64,000 nt of DNA. It comes from an uncultured Thermoanaerobaculia bacterium. GTDB taxonomy: Bacteria; Acidobacteriota; UBA4820; DSQY01. Each line of letters opens with the position of its first letter. Position 1 is the stretch's first letter. The stretch lies in contig CAZDOY010000011.1 in NCBI GenBank assembly GCA_964507185.1, positions 7,311 to 71,310 of the forward strand, given 5' to 3'. This document shows positions 39,827 to 48,650 of this stretch, piece by piece. The translations under genes and the position numbers were made by a program. Under the pieces are notes generated by a model, which did not search any database, was not told the origin of the DNA, and saw nothing but the letters and a program-made list of their open reading frames with translations.

Positions 39827-40435
39827 ATGAGTCCCTCCGCAAAAACCTTCATCGCCGGCGCCATCATCGCCGGTGGGCGTTCCAGCCGCATGGGCGAGGA
39901 CAAGCGCCTCCTGACCTTCGAAGACGAGACATTCCTGGAGCGCGCGGCAAAACTCCTTCACGGTGTCTGCAGCGAAGTGCTCTACGCGGCTCCGGACCCT
40001 CCACCCCTGCCGATCGAAGCGAGGCATGCCCCGGACCGCTTTCCGGGAATGGGCGTTCTGTCGGGCATCCACGCCGCCTTGTGCGAAGCCAGCACCGACA
40101 GAGTCCTCTGTATCGCCGTAGACACACCCCTGCTGACCGCCGAGTGGCTGGTTCTGATGGACAGACGCTGTCGGGAAACCGGCCTTCCCTGCATACCGCG
40201 GACTGGGCGGCGCCTGCACCCCCTGCCGGGGTGCTACCCGGCATCGGTCCGCCCCTATGTCGAGGCGGCTCTCAGGGAAGGGCGTTCCACGGCCTACCGC
40301 CTGCTGGAAGCAATCGGCGCGGTCAGTATCGACGAGGACGAGGCGGACAGAAACGGCTGCAGCCCCGCGGCGCTCACCAACGTGAACACCCCGGAAGACT
40401 GGCGGGCCCTCCTGGAAGTAAGCAGGCGGCGATAG
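39827..40435 (+). CDS. mobA: Molybdenum cofactor guanylyltransferase MobA
   Basis: The N-terminus AGAIIAGGRSSRMGEDKRLL (GxLAGGxSxRMGxDK motif) and the ~200-aa size are typical of MobA. Confidence 0.85.
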   Translation: MSPSAKTFIAGAIIAGGRSSRMGEDKRLLTFEDETFLERAAKLLHGVCSEVLYAAPDPPPLPIEARHAPDRFPGMGVLSGIHAALCEASTDRVLCIAVDTPLLTAEWLVLMDRRCRETGLPCIPRTGRRLHPLPGCYPASVRPYVEAALREGRSTAYRLLEAIGAVSIDEDEADRNGCSPAALTNVNTPEDWRALLEVSRRR

Positions 40436-40444
40436 CGCGCGGCC

Positions 40445-42184
40445 CTACTCCATCAGTCCGCCCGGGCCGGGCCGATAGGAGTAGTAGTGTGGTTCCCACT
40501 GCGCCTTCCTTATGAGGGCCGAGAGCCTTTCGTCGTCGAGCAGGCGTCCGAACCCCGAGTCCCTGGCCTCCTTTGCGACGGCGAAGGCGACTTGGAAGGC
40601 TACTTCCCGAATGTCGTTCATGGGCGGCAGCAGGAGGCCCTCCTCGCGCTGCGAAGCCGTGACCATTGAACTCAGGGCTTTGCTGGCGGCGAGAAACATG
40701 GCGTTGGTGATGCGGGGCGTCCGGCTGATGAGCGCACCCAGCCCGACGCCCGGAAAGATGTAGAGGTTGTTGCACTGGGATGTCTCCACGCGACGTCCCT
40801 TCCACTCGACGGGTTTGAATGGGCTGCCGCTGGCCATGAGGCCCCTGCCGTTCGTTGCGGCGGCAACTTGTTCGGGCGTGCATTCGGACTTGGCTGTAGG
40901 GTTCGAGAGCGGCATAACGACAGGCCTGTCGGTACTCTTGGCCATCTGTCCGAGGATCTCGTCGTTGAAGAGGCCACGTTTGGCGGTCACGCCGATCATG
41001 ACGGTAGGCTGTGCGTTACGGACCACGTCCATGAGCGTTATCCTGTCCGGGGACTCCAGGTTCCAGCCCTCGACGGCGGCACGGCGCTGTGCGAACGGAC
41101 GCTGGGGCGGTTCAAGCTCCGGGGAGTCTTCCATGAGAAGGCCTGCAATATCCACCGCGAAGATGTGCTTCCGGGCCTCCTCGTCCGAGAGGCCCTCCTC
41201 CTTCAGTATGTCCAGTATCCGTCTTGCCGAACCGGTGCCCGCTTGGCCCATGCCGACGATGAGAAAGCGCTGATCTGCAAAGTGCTCGTTCTTTATCTGC
41301 ATGGCGGTCATGAGAGCGGAGAGCGAAGTCGCGCCGGTTCCCTGGATGTCGTCGTTGAAGGACAAAATTCTGTCCCGGTAACGTTCGAGCAGCATGAACG
41401 CTTTGTTCTTGGAGAAGTCCTCCCACTGGAGAAGGGCGTTGGGGAGGTTTCTCTTGATGCCAAGGACGAACCGCTCTATGAAATCCTGGTATGCCTGACC
41501 CTCCAGCCGCTCATGGCGACAACCGAGGTAGAGGGGGTCATTGAGAAGTTTCTCGTTGTTGGTGCCGACGTCGAGGCAGATGGGCAGGCATCCTGTAGGG
41601 TGTAGTCCGCCGGCCGCGACGTACAGGCTCACTTTTCCCACTGGAATCGCCATACCGTCGGAACCCAAGTCTCCGAGGCCCAAAATGCGCTCGCCGTCCG
41701 TAACGACCGCGAGAAAGACCTCGGGGAGAGAAATACTCTTGAATATGTCGTCGATATTGGCAATGTTCTCCGGCGTAATGTAGATGCCGCGGTAGCGCCG
41801 GACGATGTGGCTCGCCATCAGGCACGCCTGTCCGACGGTTGGCGTGTAGACGATGGGAACCATCTCCGTGAGGTTGTCGCACAGAACCCTGTAGAAGAGG
41901 GTCTCGTTCCTGTCCAGCAGGCCCTGCAGGAAAATGTACCTTTCCAGGTCCGTGGGCTTGCGGCTGTAGTTTTCCATGACCCGGTCCGCCTGCAGCGCCA
42001 GGGTTCCAATGCCGGAGCGCAAGTGTCCGTCAAGCTTAAGAGACTTCCTCTCTCCCGTCGTGAAAGCGGACGCTTTGTTCAGCAGCGCGTTTGAAAGGAG
42101 GTGGCTGCCGCGGAGGCAGACCTCGTAGTACTCTTCGCCCGTAAGGGGATCAAATTTGATCGTAAAGGTCTTCATGGTCTTCAC
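40445..42184 (-). CDS. NAD(P)-dependent malic enzyme (oxaloacetate-decarboxylating malate dehydrogenase)
   Basis: 579 aa with the malic-enzyme N-terminal and NAD-binding domains (GTGATSLSALM...; IVGMGQAGTG Rossmann motif). Confidence 0.9.
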   Translation of the reverse strand: MKTMKTFTIKFDPLTGEEYYEVCLRGSHLLSNALLNKASAFTTGERKSLKLDGHLRSGIGTLALQADRVMENYSRKPTDLERYIFLQGLLDRNETLFYRVLCDNLTEMVPIVYTPTVGQACLMASHIVRRYRGIYITPENIANIDDIFKSISLPEVFLAVVTDGERILGLGDLGSDGMAIPVGKVSLYVAAGGLHPTGCLPICLDVGTNNEKLLNDPLYLGCRHERLEGQAYQDFIERFVLGIKRNLPNALLQWEDFSKNKAFMLLERYRDRILSFNDDIQGTGATSLSALMTAMQIKNEHFADQRFLIVGMGQAGTGSARRILDILKEEGLSDEEARKHIFAVDIAGLLMEDSPELEPPQRPFAQRRAAVEGWNLESPDRITLMDVVRNAQPTVMIGVTAKRGLFNDEILGQMAKSTDRPVVMPLSNPTAKSECTPEQVAAATNGRGLMASGSPFKPVEWKGRRVETSQCNNLYIFPGVGLGALISRTPRITNAMFLAASKALSSMVTASQREEGLLLPPMNDIREVAFQVAFAVAKEARDSGFGRLLDDERLSALIRKAQWEPHYYSYRPGPGGLME

Positions 42185-42412
42185 TTCTCCCTATCAGTGC
42201 AACCGGCAGCTGTGCGGTTCCGATCTGCCGTTCCGAGGGTCTTCCTGCTCCGGCCTGTGCTGTGCGGAAAAGCCAGCTTCCCAGGCCTCTCGAGCGCGGG
42301 AAACAATTATACTCCCCCTATCCTAACAGGAAAGGAATACTGAAGAGAGCGGCTTGTTGAAGGGTGATCTGAGCCATGCTATGTTTTGTTTACGTCTTCA
42401 CGGGTTGTTGAA

Positions 42413-43009
42413 ATGAAGCTGGAGCCCATCATCGGATTGGCCATGCTGGCCCTGGTCGCTACCTCCGGGCCGTGGTCCCGTGGCCGGGACCGGGAGAAGA
42501 ACGCCATGAAGGAAGATAAACCGAAGGTCGGCATGCCCGCCCCCGACTTCACCGCGCCCTCTACGGACGGAGGCACAGTCTCCCTGAGCGATTTCAAGGG
42601 GAGGATCGTGGTCCTTTACTTCTACCCGAAGGACGACACGCCGGGATGCACGAAGGAGGCCTGCGCCTTCAGAGATGCCGAAAGCGAGATGAAGAAACTC
42701 GGGGTCGTGGTGCTCGGCATCAGCAAGGACGACATGAAGTCCCACGAGAAGTTCGGGCAGAAATATAATTTGAACTTCCCGCTGCTCTCGGATCCCGAAG
42801 GGAAGATCATCGCCGCCTACGGCGCATGGAAAGAGAACAGCATCTTCGGCAGGACGGCGCTCGGGGTCAACAGGTCGACCTTCGTCATCGATCGCGAGGG
42901 CATCGTGCGCAAGGTCTGGCGGAACGTGTCCGTCAAGGGTCACTCGAAAGCCGTCCTCGAGTTCATCGAGAAGAACCTCGTGAATGACCGCGAGGAGGGG
43001 GGTAAGTAA
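42413..43009 (+). CDS. bcp: Peroxiredoxin, Bcp-type thiol peroxidase
   Basis: Thioredoxin fold with the PGCT peroxidatic-Cys motif (YPKDDTPGCTKEAC). The start is uncertain. ATG 42413 would give a signal-peptide-like N-terminus. ATG 42506 (GGGAGAAG upstream) would give the usual cytoplasmic ~165-aa form. The track TTG start at 42386 is unlikely. Confidence 0.75.
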   Translation: MKLEPIIGLAMLALVATSGPWSRGRDREKNAMKEDKPKVGMPAPDFTAPSTDGGTVSLSDFKGRIVVLYFYPKDDTPGCTKEACAFRDAESEMKKLGVVVLGISKDDMKSHEKFGQKYNLNFPLLSDPEGKIIAAYGAWKENSIFGRTALGVNRSTFVIDREGIVRKVWRNVSVKGHSKAVLEFIEKNLVNDREEGGK

Positions 43010-43080
43010 CCATTTGGGAGTTGGGATTGGGGATTTTGGATTCTAGAGACTGCAATGAAATGAGGATGGGTCTTTTCCCG

Positions 43081-43421
43081 AGGGCTAAGGGTTAAGGCCG
43101 AAGGGCTAAAGGGACAACGGCTTGGGGCGGGCCTTCGAAAGGCAGCCCCCAGCTTGGATCACTCGGACACCCCTTGATGCTTTCATTGCGAGGGCGCCGT
43201 CGAAGGGCATCTTCGACGCAATCTCTCTCTACGGTGCACCCTTGCACCCAGCCGCCGCAGTCCGCGGGGGGCTTTCGTTCCAGGTTGGACGTTGAAGGTC
43301 GGGGACGACGTCGCGGCGGTGCCCTGCGGTCAGCGGTCGATTCCCGACGGCCCGTTCGACATTCGCGGGTCCTCGGTCTGCCGTTTCTCCCTTAGCCTTT
43401 TGCCTTTAGGCCTTAGCCCTT
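43081..43421. repeat. About 340-bp intergenic element bounded by inverted arrays of GGCTAAGG-type mini-repeats (MITE/REP-like)
   Basis: Left arm 43081-43113 is AGGGCTAAGGGTTAAGGCCGAAGGGCTAAAGGG. Right arm 43389-43421 is CCCTTAGCCTTTTGCCTTTAGGCCTTAGCCCTT, the inverted complement type. The interior contains hairpins such as CGTCGAAG-ggcat-CTTCGACG and a GGATCACTCGGACACC half-array. A related GGCCTAAGGCCGAAAGGCCC stretch is at 50647-50690. Confidence 0.4.
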
Positions 43422-43425
43422 CCTA

Positions 43426-44346
43426 TCATGCGCCGTCCGTTCGGAGCCAGTTTCCTTTCGGAGCCGAGTCGCCGTGGCGGGAAAGCGCGATGACGACTCC
43501 GGCAAAGACCAAAACGGCCCCGATGTAGAAACGGAGACCGGGAATCTCCGCGAACAGTATGCCGGCGAGGATAATCGAGACCACGGGCTCGACGAGGATG
43601 GAGAGGTTGACGCGGTAGGTTTCCATGTGCCTGACGGCGTAGTTGAGAAGATTATGGCCAAGGGTCGAAGGGAACAGGGCAAGGAGGACGAACATGAGCC
43701 AGGTGCGCCCGTCGTATCCCGTGAAGCGATCACCCGCCACCAGTGCCGAAACGCCCAGTCCCCCGGCGGCTATCAGGTAGAGGACGAAGAGATACTGCGG
43801 CAGGGGAACGCGCTCCCTGACGTGGCGCCCGACGGTCAGGTACACAGCCGCGGCGATGGCCGCGACCAGTGCCAGCGCGTCTCCGTACAGGTTGTGATGG
43901 CCGCGGCTGAAGTCTCCGGAGACGATGATGGCCACGCCCCCCATCGCGAGAACGATGGCGGCGATGCCCTTGCGCGGAACCGGTTCGTGCAGGAAAAGAT
44001 AACCAAGAACGCCGCCCCATACGGGCTGGGTGGAGATAAGGAGCAGCGACGAAGCGATGGTCGTGTATTTGACGGAGGCGATCCACGTTCCGAAGTGCAG
44101 GGCCAGGATCAGCCCGGTCCCGACGGTGTAGGGCAGGAGGCGGAACTGCTCCCGCCAGTCGATGGGCTGCTTCTTGAGCCTGGCGATCACCAGCGGCGCC
44201 AGGATGATGGCCGCCATGAGCTTCCGCCAGAATGCGATGGTCAAGGCCGGTGCCGCCGCGTATCTGACCAGGATAGCGGGAAAAGAGATGCAGAAGAGCC
44301 CCAGGGCCAGGACCCACCGGACCCGGCGCTCGTGGTCTTCGCTCAT
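43426..44346 (-). CDS. EamA/DMT family transporter
   Basis: Ten predicted TM helices in two EamA repeats. I set the start at ATG 44346 (MSEDHERRVRW); the track start at 44391 is an extension. Confidence 0.8.
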   Translation of the reverse strand: MSEDHERRVRWVLALGLFCISFPAILVRYAAAPALTIAFWRKLMAAIILAPLVIARLKKQPIDWREQFRLLPYTVGTGLILALHFGTWIASVKYTTIASSLLLISTQPVWGGVLGYLFLHEPVPRKGIAAIVLAMGGVAIIVSGDFSRGHHNLYGDALALVAAIAAAVYLTVGRHVRERVPLPQYLFVLYLIAAGGLGVSALVAGDRFTGYDGRTWLMFVLLALFPSTLGHNLLNYAVRHMETYRVNLSILVEPVVSIILAGILFAEIPGLRFYIGAVLVFAGVVIALSRHGDSAPKGNWLRTDGA

Positions 44347-44582
44347 TCTGGCGCGCTGCCGTCCACGGGCGCCGCGGCTCTGTCCTCGCATTGCTTGCAG
44401 ACGGCCTCACGTCCCCCGAACACGGCGGGATTAGATGCCATCGTCCGGCAGTCGGGACAGCACAGGCGCCCGCATCGGGAGCATATGCCGTGGAGATCCG
44501 GATCGAAGGGCTCGGTGCACAGATCGCATCGCCAGGGCTGGATGTTGCCCTGCAGGGTCTTCTTATCGCTTCTCAGTGGCAT
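44343..44582 (-). CDS. Small cysteine-rich zinc-ribbon protein (four CxxC pairs)
   Basis: 79 aa with C19-x2-C22, C33-x2-C36, CC40/41-x2-C44 and C62-x2-C65. Its stop overlaps the EamA start (ATGA-type), and its start overlaps the upstream gene's end by 20 nt. No clear RBS. Confidence 0.45.
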   Translation of the reverse strand: MPLRSDKKTLQGNIQPWRCDLCTEPFDPDLHGICSRCGRLCCPDCRTMASNPAVFGGREAVCKQCEDRAAAPVDGSAPE

Positions 44583-45063
44583 GTTCTAGCGCTCTGGATT
44601 CGCGTTGGATGGTGAAGGGGACGGATTCGGGACGTTTCCCGTGCCTTCCGATCCGCACCTCGTGTGGGGAGGCCCTGTGGCCGTCTATGATGAGATCGAA
44701 GGTCACCGCCCGGGCCGAAGGACTGAGCTTGAAGTCGACACCGTCCATCCCGCCGTGCGCGACGGCGTCGAAGCGGATTGTCCGGTGGTTTATTTTCTTG
44801 ATGAAGTCCTTTCTGTCCTTCGACACGGCCCTGACGTGTTCGAAGGCTCCGTCGCACCTGATCGTGCCCGAAAAGACATGTCTTTTCTTCCTGGTGGTCC
44901 ATCGGACGTGCCAGCCGTCCGAATCGTTCCAAATGAAATACCCCCTGGACTGCCCGGCGGTGAAAGCCGGTCTGCCCCGCCAGTAGTGTTCCTGGTTCGC
45001 GAGGGCGAGCGTGGACAGAATGAATGCGGCCACCAGGAGAACAAGAGTGGTTTTCGTCTTCAT
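44563..45063 (-). CDS. Hypothetical secreted protein (signal peptide MKTKTTLVLLVAAFILSTLALA)
   Basis: I set the start at ATG 45063 with GGAGG 8 nt upstream; the track begins two TTG codons earlier. No recognisable family. Confidence 0.5.
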   Translation of the reverse strand: MKTKTTLVLLVAAFILSTLALANQEHYWRGRPAFTAGQSRGYFIWNDSDGWHVRWTTRKKRHVFSGTIRCDGAFEHVRAVSKDRKDFIKKINHRTIRFDAVAHGGMDGVDFKLSPSARAVTFDLIIDGHRASPHEVRIGRHGKRPESVPFTIQRESRALEHATEKR

Positions 45064-45082
45064 CAACAACCTCCGCTGTTCC

Positions 45083-47308
45083 TTACGGCCTATAGTACAC
45101 CCTGTCTGGGGCGGCGACGGAATTGAGGTTCTGGAGCCGGGGATAAAGCCGGCCGTATTCCCAGATATTGAGGAGAATGCGCCGCACGTAAGACCGGGTC
45201 TCGCGCAGGGGAATCGATTCGATGAACATGTCTGGACGGTCCGGGCAGTTCGTTCTCTTCAGCCAGGCATCCACCCGGCTGGGCCCCGCGTTGTAGGCGG
45301 CCAGGGCGAGAAAGAGCCTCCCGTTGTAGCGCTTGAGCATTCTCTCCAGATAAGCGGCGCCCGCCTTCGTGTTCCAGGACGGGTCGTGAAGCCGGGCGAG
45401 CGTCGGGTTGGGCAGACCGTTCGCGCGAGCCACGTGGCGGGCCGTCGGCGGCATGAGCTGCATGAGACCTCGGGCGCCCGAACGCGAGACCGCCTCCTTA
45501 TCCCAGAGACTCTCCTGGCGAATGACCGAGCAGACCAGAACGGCGGGCAGGTCGGCGTCCCGGGCGGCTTCCGCCACCGCGCTCTGGAACGGCAGGGGGT
45601 ATATGGCCCGCCACGCCTGGACGGGGACTTCCCGTCCGGGCGAGGCATAGGCCTTCGGATAGGCCTTCCGAACGCTCAGGATGGCGTCGCGGTAATCGCC
45701 GGCCGATTCCTGGGCCTGTGAAAGGGCCCACCAGAGTGACTGGTCCTTCTTGGAATCGTCGATCAGATCGTATTCGCCCGCGGCCTCGGACGGGAAGCCC
45801 GCCTCCATGAGAAGATCTCCCTTGAGACAGTGTCCCCCGTCGGCACTCGCCGGCCACGGCGGCGGCTGAAGTCCGTCGCGGAGATCGGGAGAAGACCCCC
45901 TCAGGCGATAGCCGAAATAGCCGAACGCGTCTTCTCGCAGGACCTCGGAGGACAGCAGGGTTCTCTCCTCCGGGTTGTCGAGCAGTCCCAGGCGCAGGAG
46001 ACAGTACACGGCCGCATGGCGGTCGTCCGCGTATACCGGCAGCTTCTTGACCATCAGGCGCCAGAGCCGCTCCGCCCCGTTCCTGTTCCCGTCGAGCCAG
46101 CGTTTCCATGCCGTATCATAGAGATATTCTTCGGCCCGGTACTGGGGAGTGCCCGCCGTGAGGAGGGACGCTGCAAGTTGGCAGGCCCGTTCCACCTGTT
46201 TTCTACGGGCCCTGGCTTTCATGAGGGCCACGAGCGCCGTCTCCCGGCCGGCGTATCCGATGGGAAGATCCATGACCGCGTTCTCGATCTCCCATGTTGT
46301 CTTTCGCGAAAAGTGACCCTTCGAGGCGATGAGCCCCATGCGTGTGACACCCGCCATGGCGGCCTCGGGGGGGGCGGACAGGGCACGGTAGATCTTTGCG
46401 GCTTTGGCGTAATGCCGATGAGCCTCGGCAAGCCTCCCTCTGAGATAGTCCCGCCATCCCCGTTGCTCGCTATCCTTCGGGTGGAAGGCCTTGAGTTCTT
46501 GATCAAGCGCTCCGTAATCCCGTGATTCCTCCAGGGCGCGAAGCCGAGTCAGCCTGACGGTATTCGGGACAGACTGCAGGCGGCCCGTCCATTCGGGCCT
46601 CGCGCGCAGAAAGGACCGCGTGACGGGCGAATCCGGGGCATTCGACCAGAGGGCCTCGACAAACGGGAGGGCGTCGGAAGAGCGACCCGCATCTTCGTAG
46701 AGCCCTGCGAGCTGCGCAGTCATCCCCGCGTCGAGCGGCGCTTCCCGGTGAAGGGTTTCGGCGTATGGAATGGCCTCGGCGGTTCGGTTGTCCGCGAGAG
46801 CGGCCTTGAGGAGGGCCTCCGCGGCCTCGATTCTGAACGATGCCTGTGGACCGGCCGAAAAGAGGGCTTTCCACAGCCTTTCTTGCGCTGCGTCGTCCAG
46901 CGCCGGGGTCTTTAACCCAAGGCGCCAGAAATAGGCGTACTCCCAGAGGGGCGACTGCCTGACCGCGGGGGCGGCGTACTCTGCGGCGGCCTGTTCCCCC
47001 TGGCCTTCCATCTCGTAGAGCCTGCCAAGGAAAACGTGGGCCGTAGCTTCCTCAGGGGGCGAAAGGCCGCCCATGAGCGCTTTCCGCAAGGCGGTTATAC
47101 GCCCCGCAGGCTCCATGTGACGAAGATCCCCCCAGGCAAAAGCGGGCGCAGTCGCCCGGGCGGACCAGACCGGAGCGGAGGTCAAGATCAGAAAAAGGAG
47201 AACCCTACATGCCCAGGAGCGACGGATCCCCGTCGGCCAGGTATTTGACCAGGGATTTATCGAAATAGGCTCTGTCGCGGACAGAGGGCTTCTGGAATCG
47301 ATTCTCAT
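45083..47308 (-). CDS. Soluble lytic murein transglycosylase (Slt70-like: superhelical N-terminal region plus C-terminal SLT domain)
   Basis: C-terminal catalytic motif VIRQESLWDKEAVSRSGARGLMQLMPPTA...AYNAG. The ATG at 47308 gives a long RR-containing leader (GIRRSWACRVLLFLILTSAPVWSA) that may be a Tat or Sec signal. The gene overlaps the upstream gene by 104 nt. Confidence 0.8.
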   Translation of the reverse strand: MRIDSRSPLSATEPISINPWSNTWPTGIRRSWACRVLLFLILTSAPVWSARATAPAFAWGDLRHMEPAGRITALRKALMGGLSPPEEATAHVFLGRLYEMEGQGEQAAAEYAAPAVRQSPLWEYAYFWRLGLKTPALDDAAQERLWKALFSAGPQASFRIEAAEALLKAALADNRTAEAIPYAETLHREAPLDAGMTAQLAGLYEDAGRSSDALPFVEALWSNAPDSPVTRSFLRARPEWTGRLQSVPNTVRLTRLRALEESRDYGALDQELKAFHPKDSEQRGWRDYLRGRLAEAHRHYAKAAKIYRALSAPPEAAMAGVTRMGLIASKGHFSRKTTWEIENAVMDLPIGYAGRETALVALMKARARRKQVERACQLAASLLTAGTPQYRAEEYLYDTAWKRWLDGNRNGAERLWRLMVKKLPVYADDRHAAVYCLLRLGLLDNPEERTLLSSEVLREDAFGYFGYRLRGSSPDLRDGLQPPPWPASADGGHCLKGDLLMEAGFPSEAAGEYDLIDDSKKDQSLWWALSQAQESAGDYRDAILSVRKAYPKAYASPGREVPVQAWRAIYPLPFQSAVAEAARDADLPAVLVCSVIRQESLWDKEAVSRSGARGLMQLMPPTARHVARANGLPNPTLARLHDPSWNTKAGAAYLERMLKRYNGRLFLALAAYNAGPSRVDAWLKRTNCPDRPDMFIESIPLRETRSYVRRILLNIWEYGRLYPRLQNLNSVAAPDRVYYRP

Positions 47309-48587
47309 AGGCCTCCCGGCTACGCTCGATGTCTTCCCTGAGGAGATTGAAGAGCGTACCGTCCCGCTTGCCCTGTTCCACCTCGTTCGGGTGGTAGAGG
47401 GCTATTTCCTGGACGAGGAGACGGGCGAACCGCTGCGCATCCTCGTGAAGCTTTTCTTCTCCGGCGGGAACCGGAACTTCGGCTTCGTCGGCCGGTATCG
47501 CCGCTTCCACGTCGGGGGAGGTCTCGGCTGCGGACTCCTCTTCTTCGGGCTCTGCCGCCTCCGGCTGCTCGTATTCCCCGGACTCAAGCTCGACCGGTTC
47601 TAGCCTGTGGGCGCCCGTATCTGCGGGCATCGTTTCGGGCTCCTCTTCCGGTTTCTCCTCCGCCTCCGCTTCGGGTTCCGGCTCCTCCTGCGTTTCCCCT
47701 TCCGGTTCAGAGGCGGATAGGCTCTCCTCCTCCGTAGGAATTTCGGCCATCACGGTTTGGGCGCCGGGCAGGTCCTCTTCCTCTTCTGCTTGCGAGGAGA
47801 GCGTTCCCGTATCTTCAAAAAGGACCGCGTCCTCATCTTCCTCTTGAGCCGGAGCAGGTAAGTCGGACGTGATGATAGGCTGCTGCTCGAGAACCGGCGG
47901 CAGGGGGTTGCGTTTGGGATGAAGGGGGAAGATATCGATGACCAGCGATGCGGTGCGCATCAGAATATCTATGCCGTAATGGTCCAGGTTTCCGTCAGCA
48001 CCCGAATCCGCGTAAAAGAACCCCAGCACCTTGCCCTTGAGAATGAGGGGACTCAGCAGACTGCGAACGACCTGCGAATGGTCGGGTATGAACCCGGGCA
48101 CCGTATTGTCGAGTAGCATCCTTGAACGGGAACTGGCGATCGTCCGCAGGAGGGGGTCGCTGTCCATGGTGGTTTTCCACCGCTTGGCTTCCTCGGCATT
48201 TTCAAAGCCGAATGCGCTCCAGACCTGTGCGTTCTCGTTCTTGACGACGAAGAGGGCGCCTCTTGCCGCGTGCTCTTCCAACCCTTTCATGAGCTGGTTC
48301 AGGACCTCCGCCTGGGTGTTTGCGTACTCGATTCCTGCCATGTGGTAGAGCAGGCGGTTGTTGAGGCTCGGAGTCGCCGCCACGGGCGCCTGTTCTTCCG
48401 GTTCGGCCGGCTCGGACCGCGGTTCCGGGATGGCTTCTCCCAGCGCTTTCGTGAGTTTGTCCAGATCGGGCACGGCGGGGACCGCCAGGACCAGGTCCTG
48501 CAGCATGCTCCTGAGGTTCTCCAGGTTGGAGCGGAGCTTCTCGAAACTATCCGACAAAACTTCGGCGATATGCTCTTCGTGGCTCAT
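47205..48587 (-). CDS. Hypothetical protein: N-terminal GAF-like domain, long Glu/Pro/Ala acidic low-complexity linker, conserved C-terminal helical domain
   Basis: ATG 48587 with AAGGGGG RBS. Residues 70-230 resemble a GAF fold (LLYHMAGIEYANTQ...VLGFFYADSG). About 120 aa are extremely acidic (EEEDLPGAQ...EPEEEES). Confidence 0.5.
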   Translation of the reverse strand: MSHEEHIAEVLSDSFEKLRSNLENLRSMLQDLVLAVPAVPDLDKLTKALGEAIPEPRSEPAEPEEQAPVAATPSLNNRLLYHMAGIEYANTQAEVLNQLMKGLEEHAARGALFVVKNENAQVWSAFGFENAEEAKRWKTTMDSDPLLRTIASSRSRMLLDNTVPGFIPDHSQVVRSLLSPLILKGKVLGFFYADSGADGNLDHYGIDILMRTASLVIDIFPLHPKRNPLPPVLEQQPIITSDLPAPAQEEDEDAVLFEDTGTLSSQAEEEEDLPGAQTVMAEIPTEEESLSASEPEGETQEEPEPEAEAEEKPEEEPETMPADTGAHRLEPVELESGEYEQPEAAEPEEEESAAETSPDVEAAIPADEAEVPVPAGEEKLHEDAQRFARLLVQEIALYHPNEVEQGKRDGTLFNLLREDIERSREAYENRFQKPSVRDRAYFDKSLVKYLADGDPSLLGM

Positions 48588-48650
48588 GGCGCCCCCTTTT
48601 CTATTGAACGATCAACTTCAATGCCAGTTTAGAAAGGCCGCTCGCGCGTG

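Noticed and set aside
42185-42412. PerR/OxyR-type operator upstream of bcp
   Set aside because: There is only a weak AT-rich AACAATTATACT fragment and a short inverted repeat, with no convincing match to known peroxide-regulator boxes.
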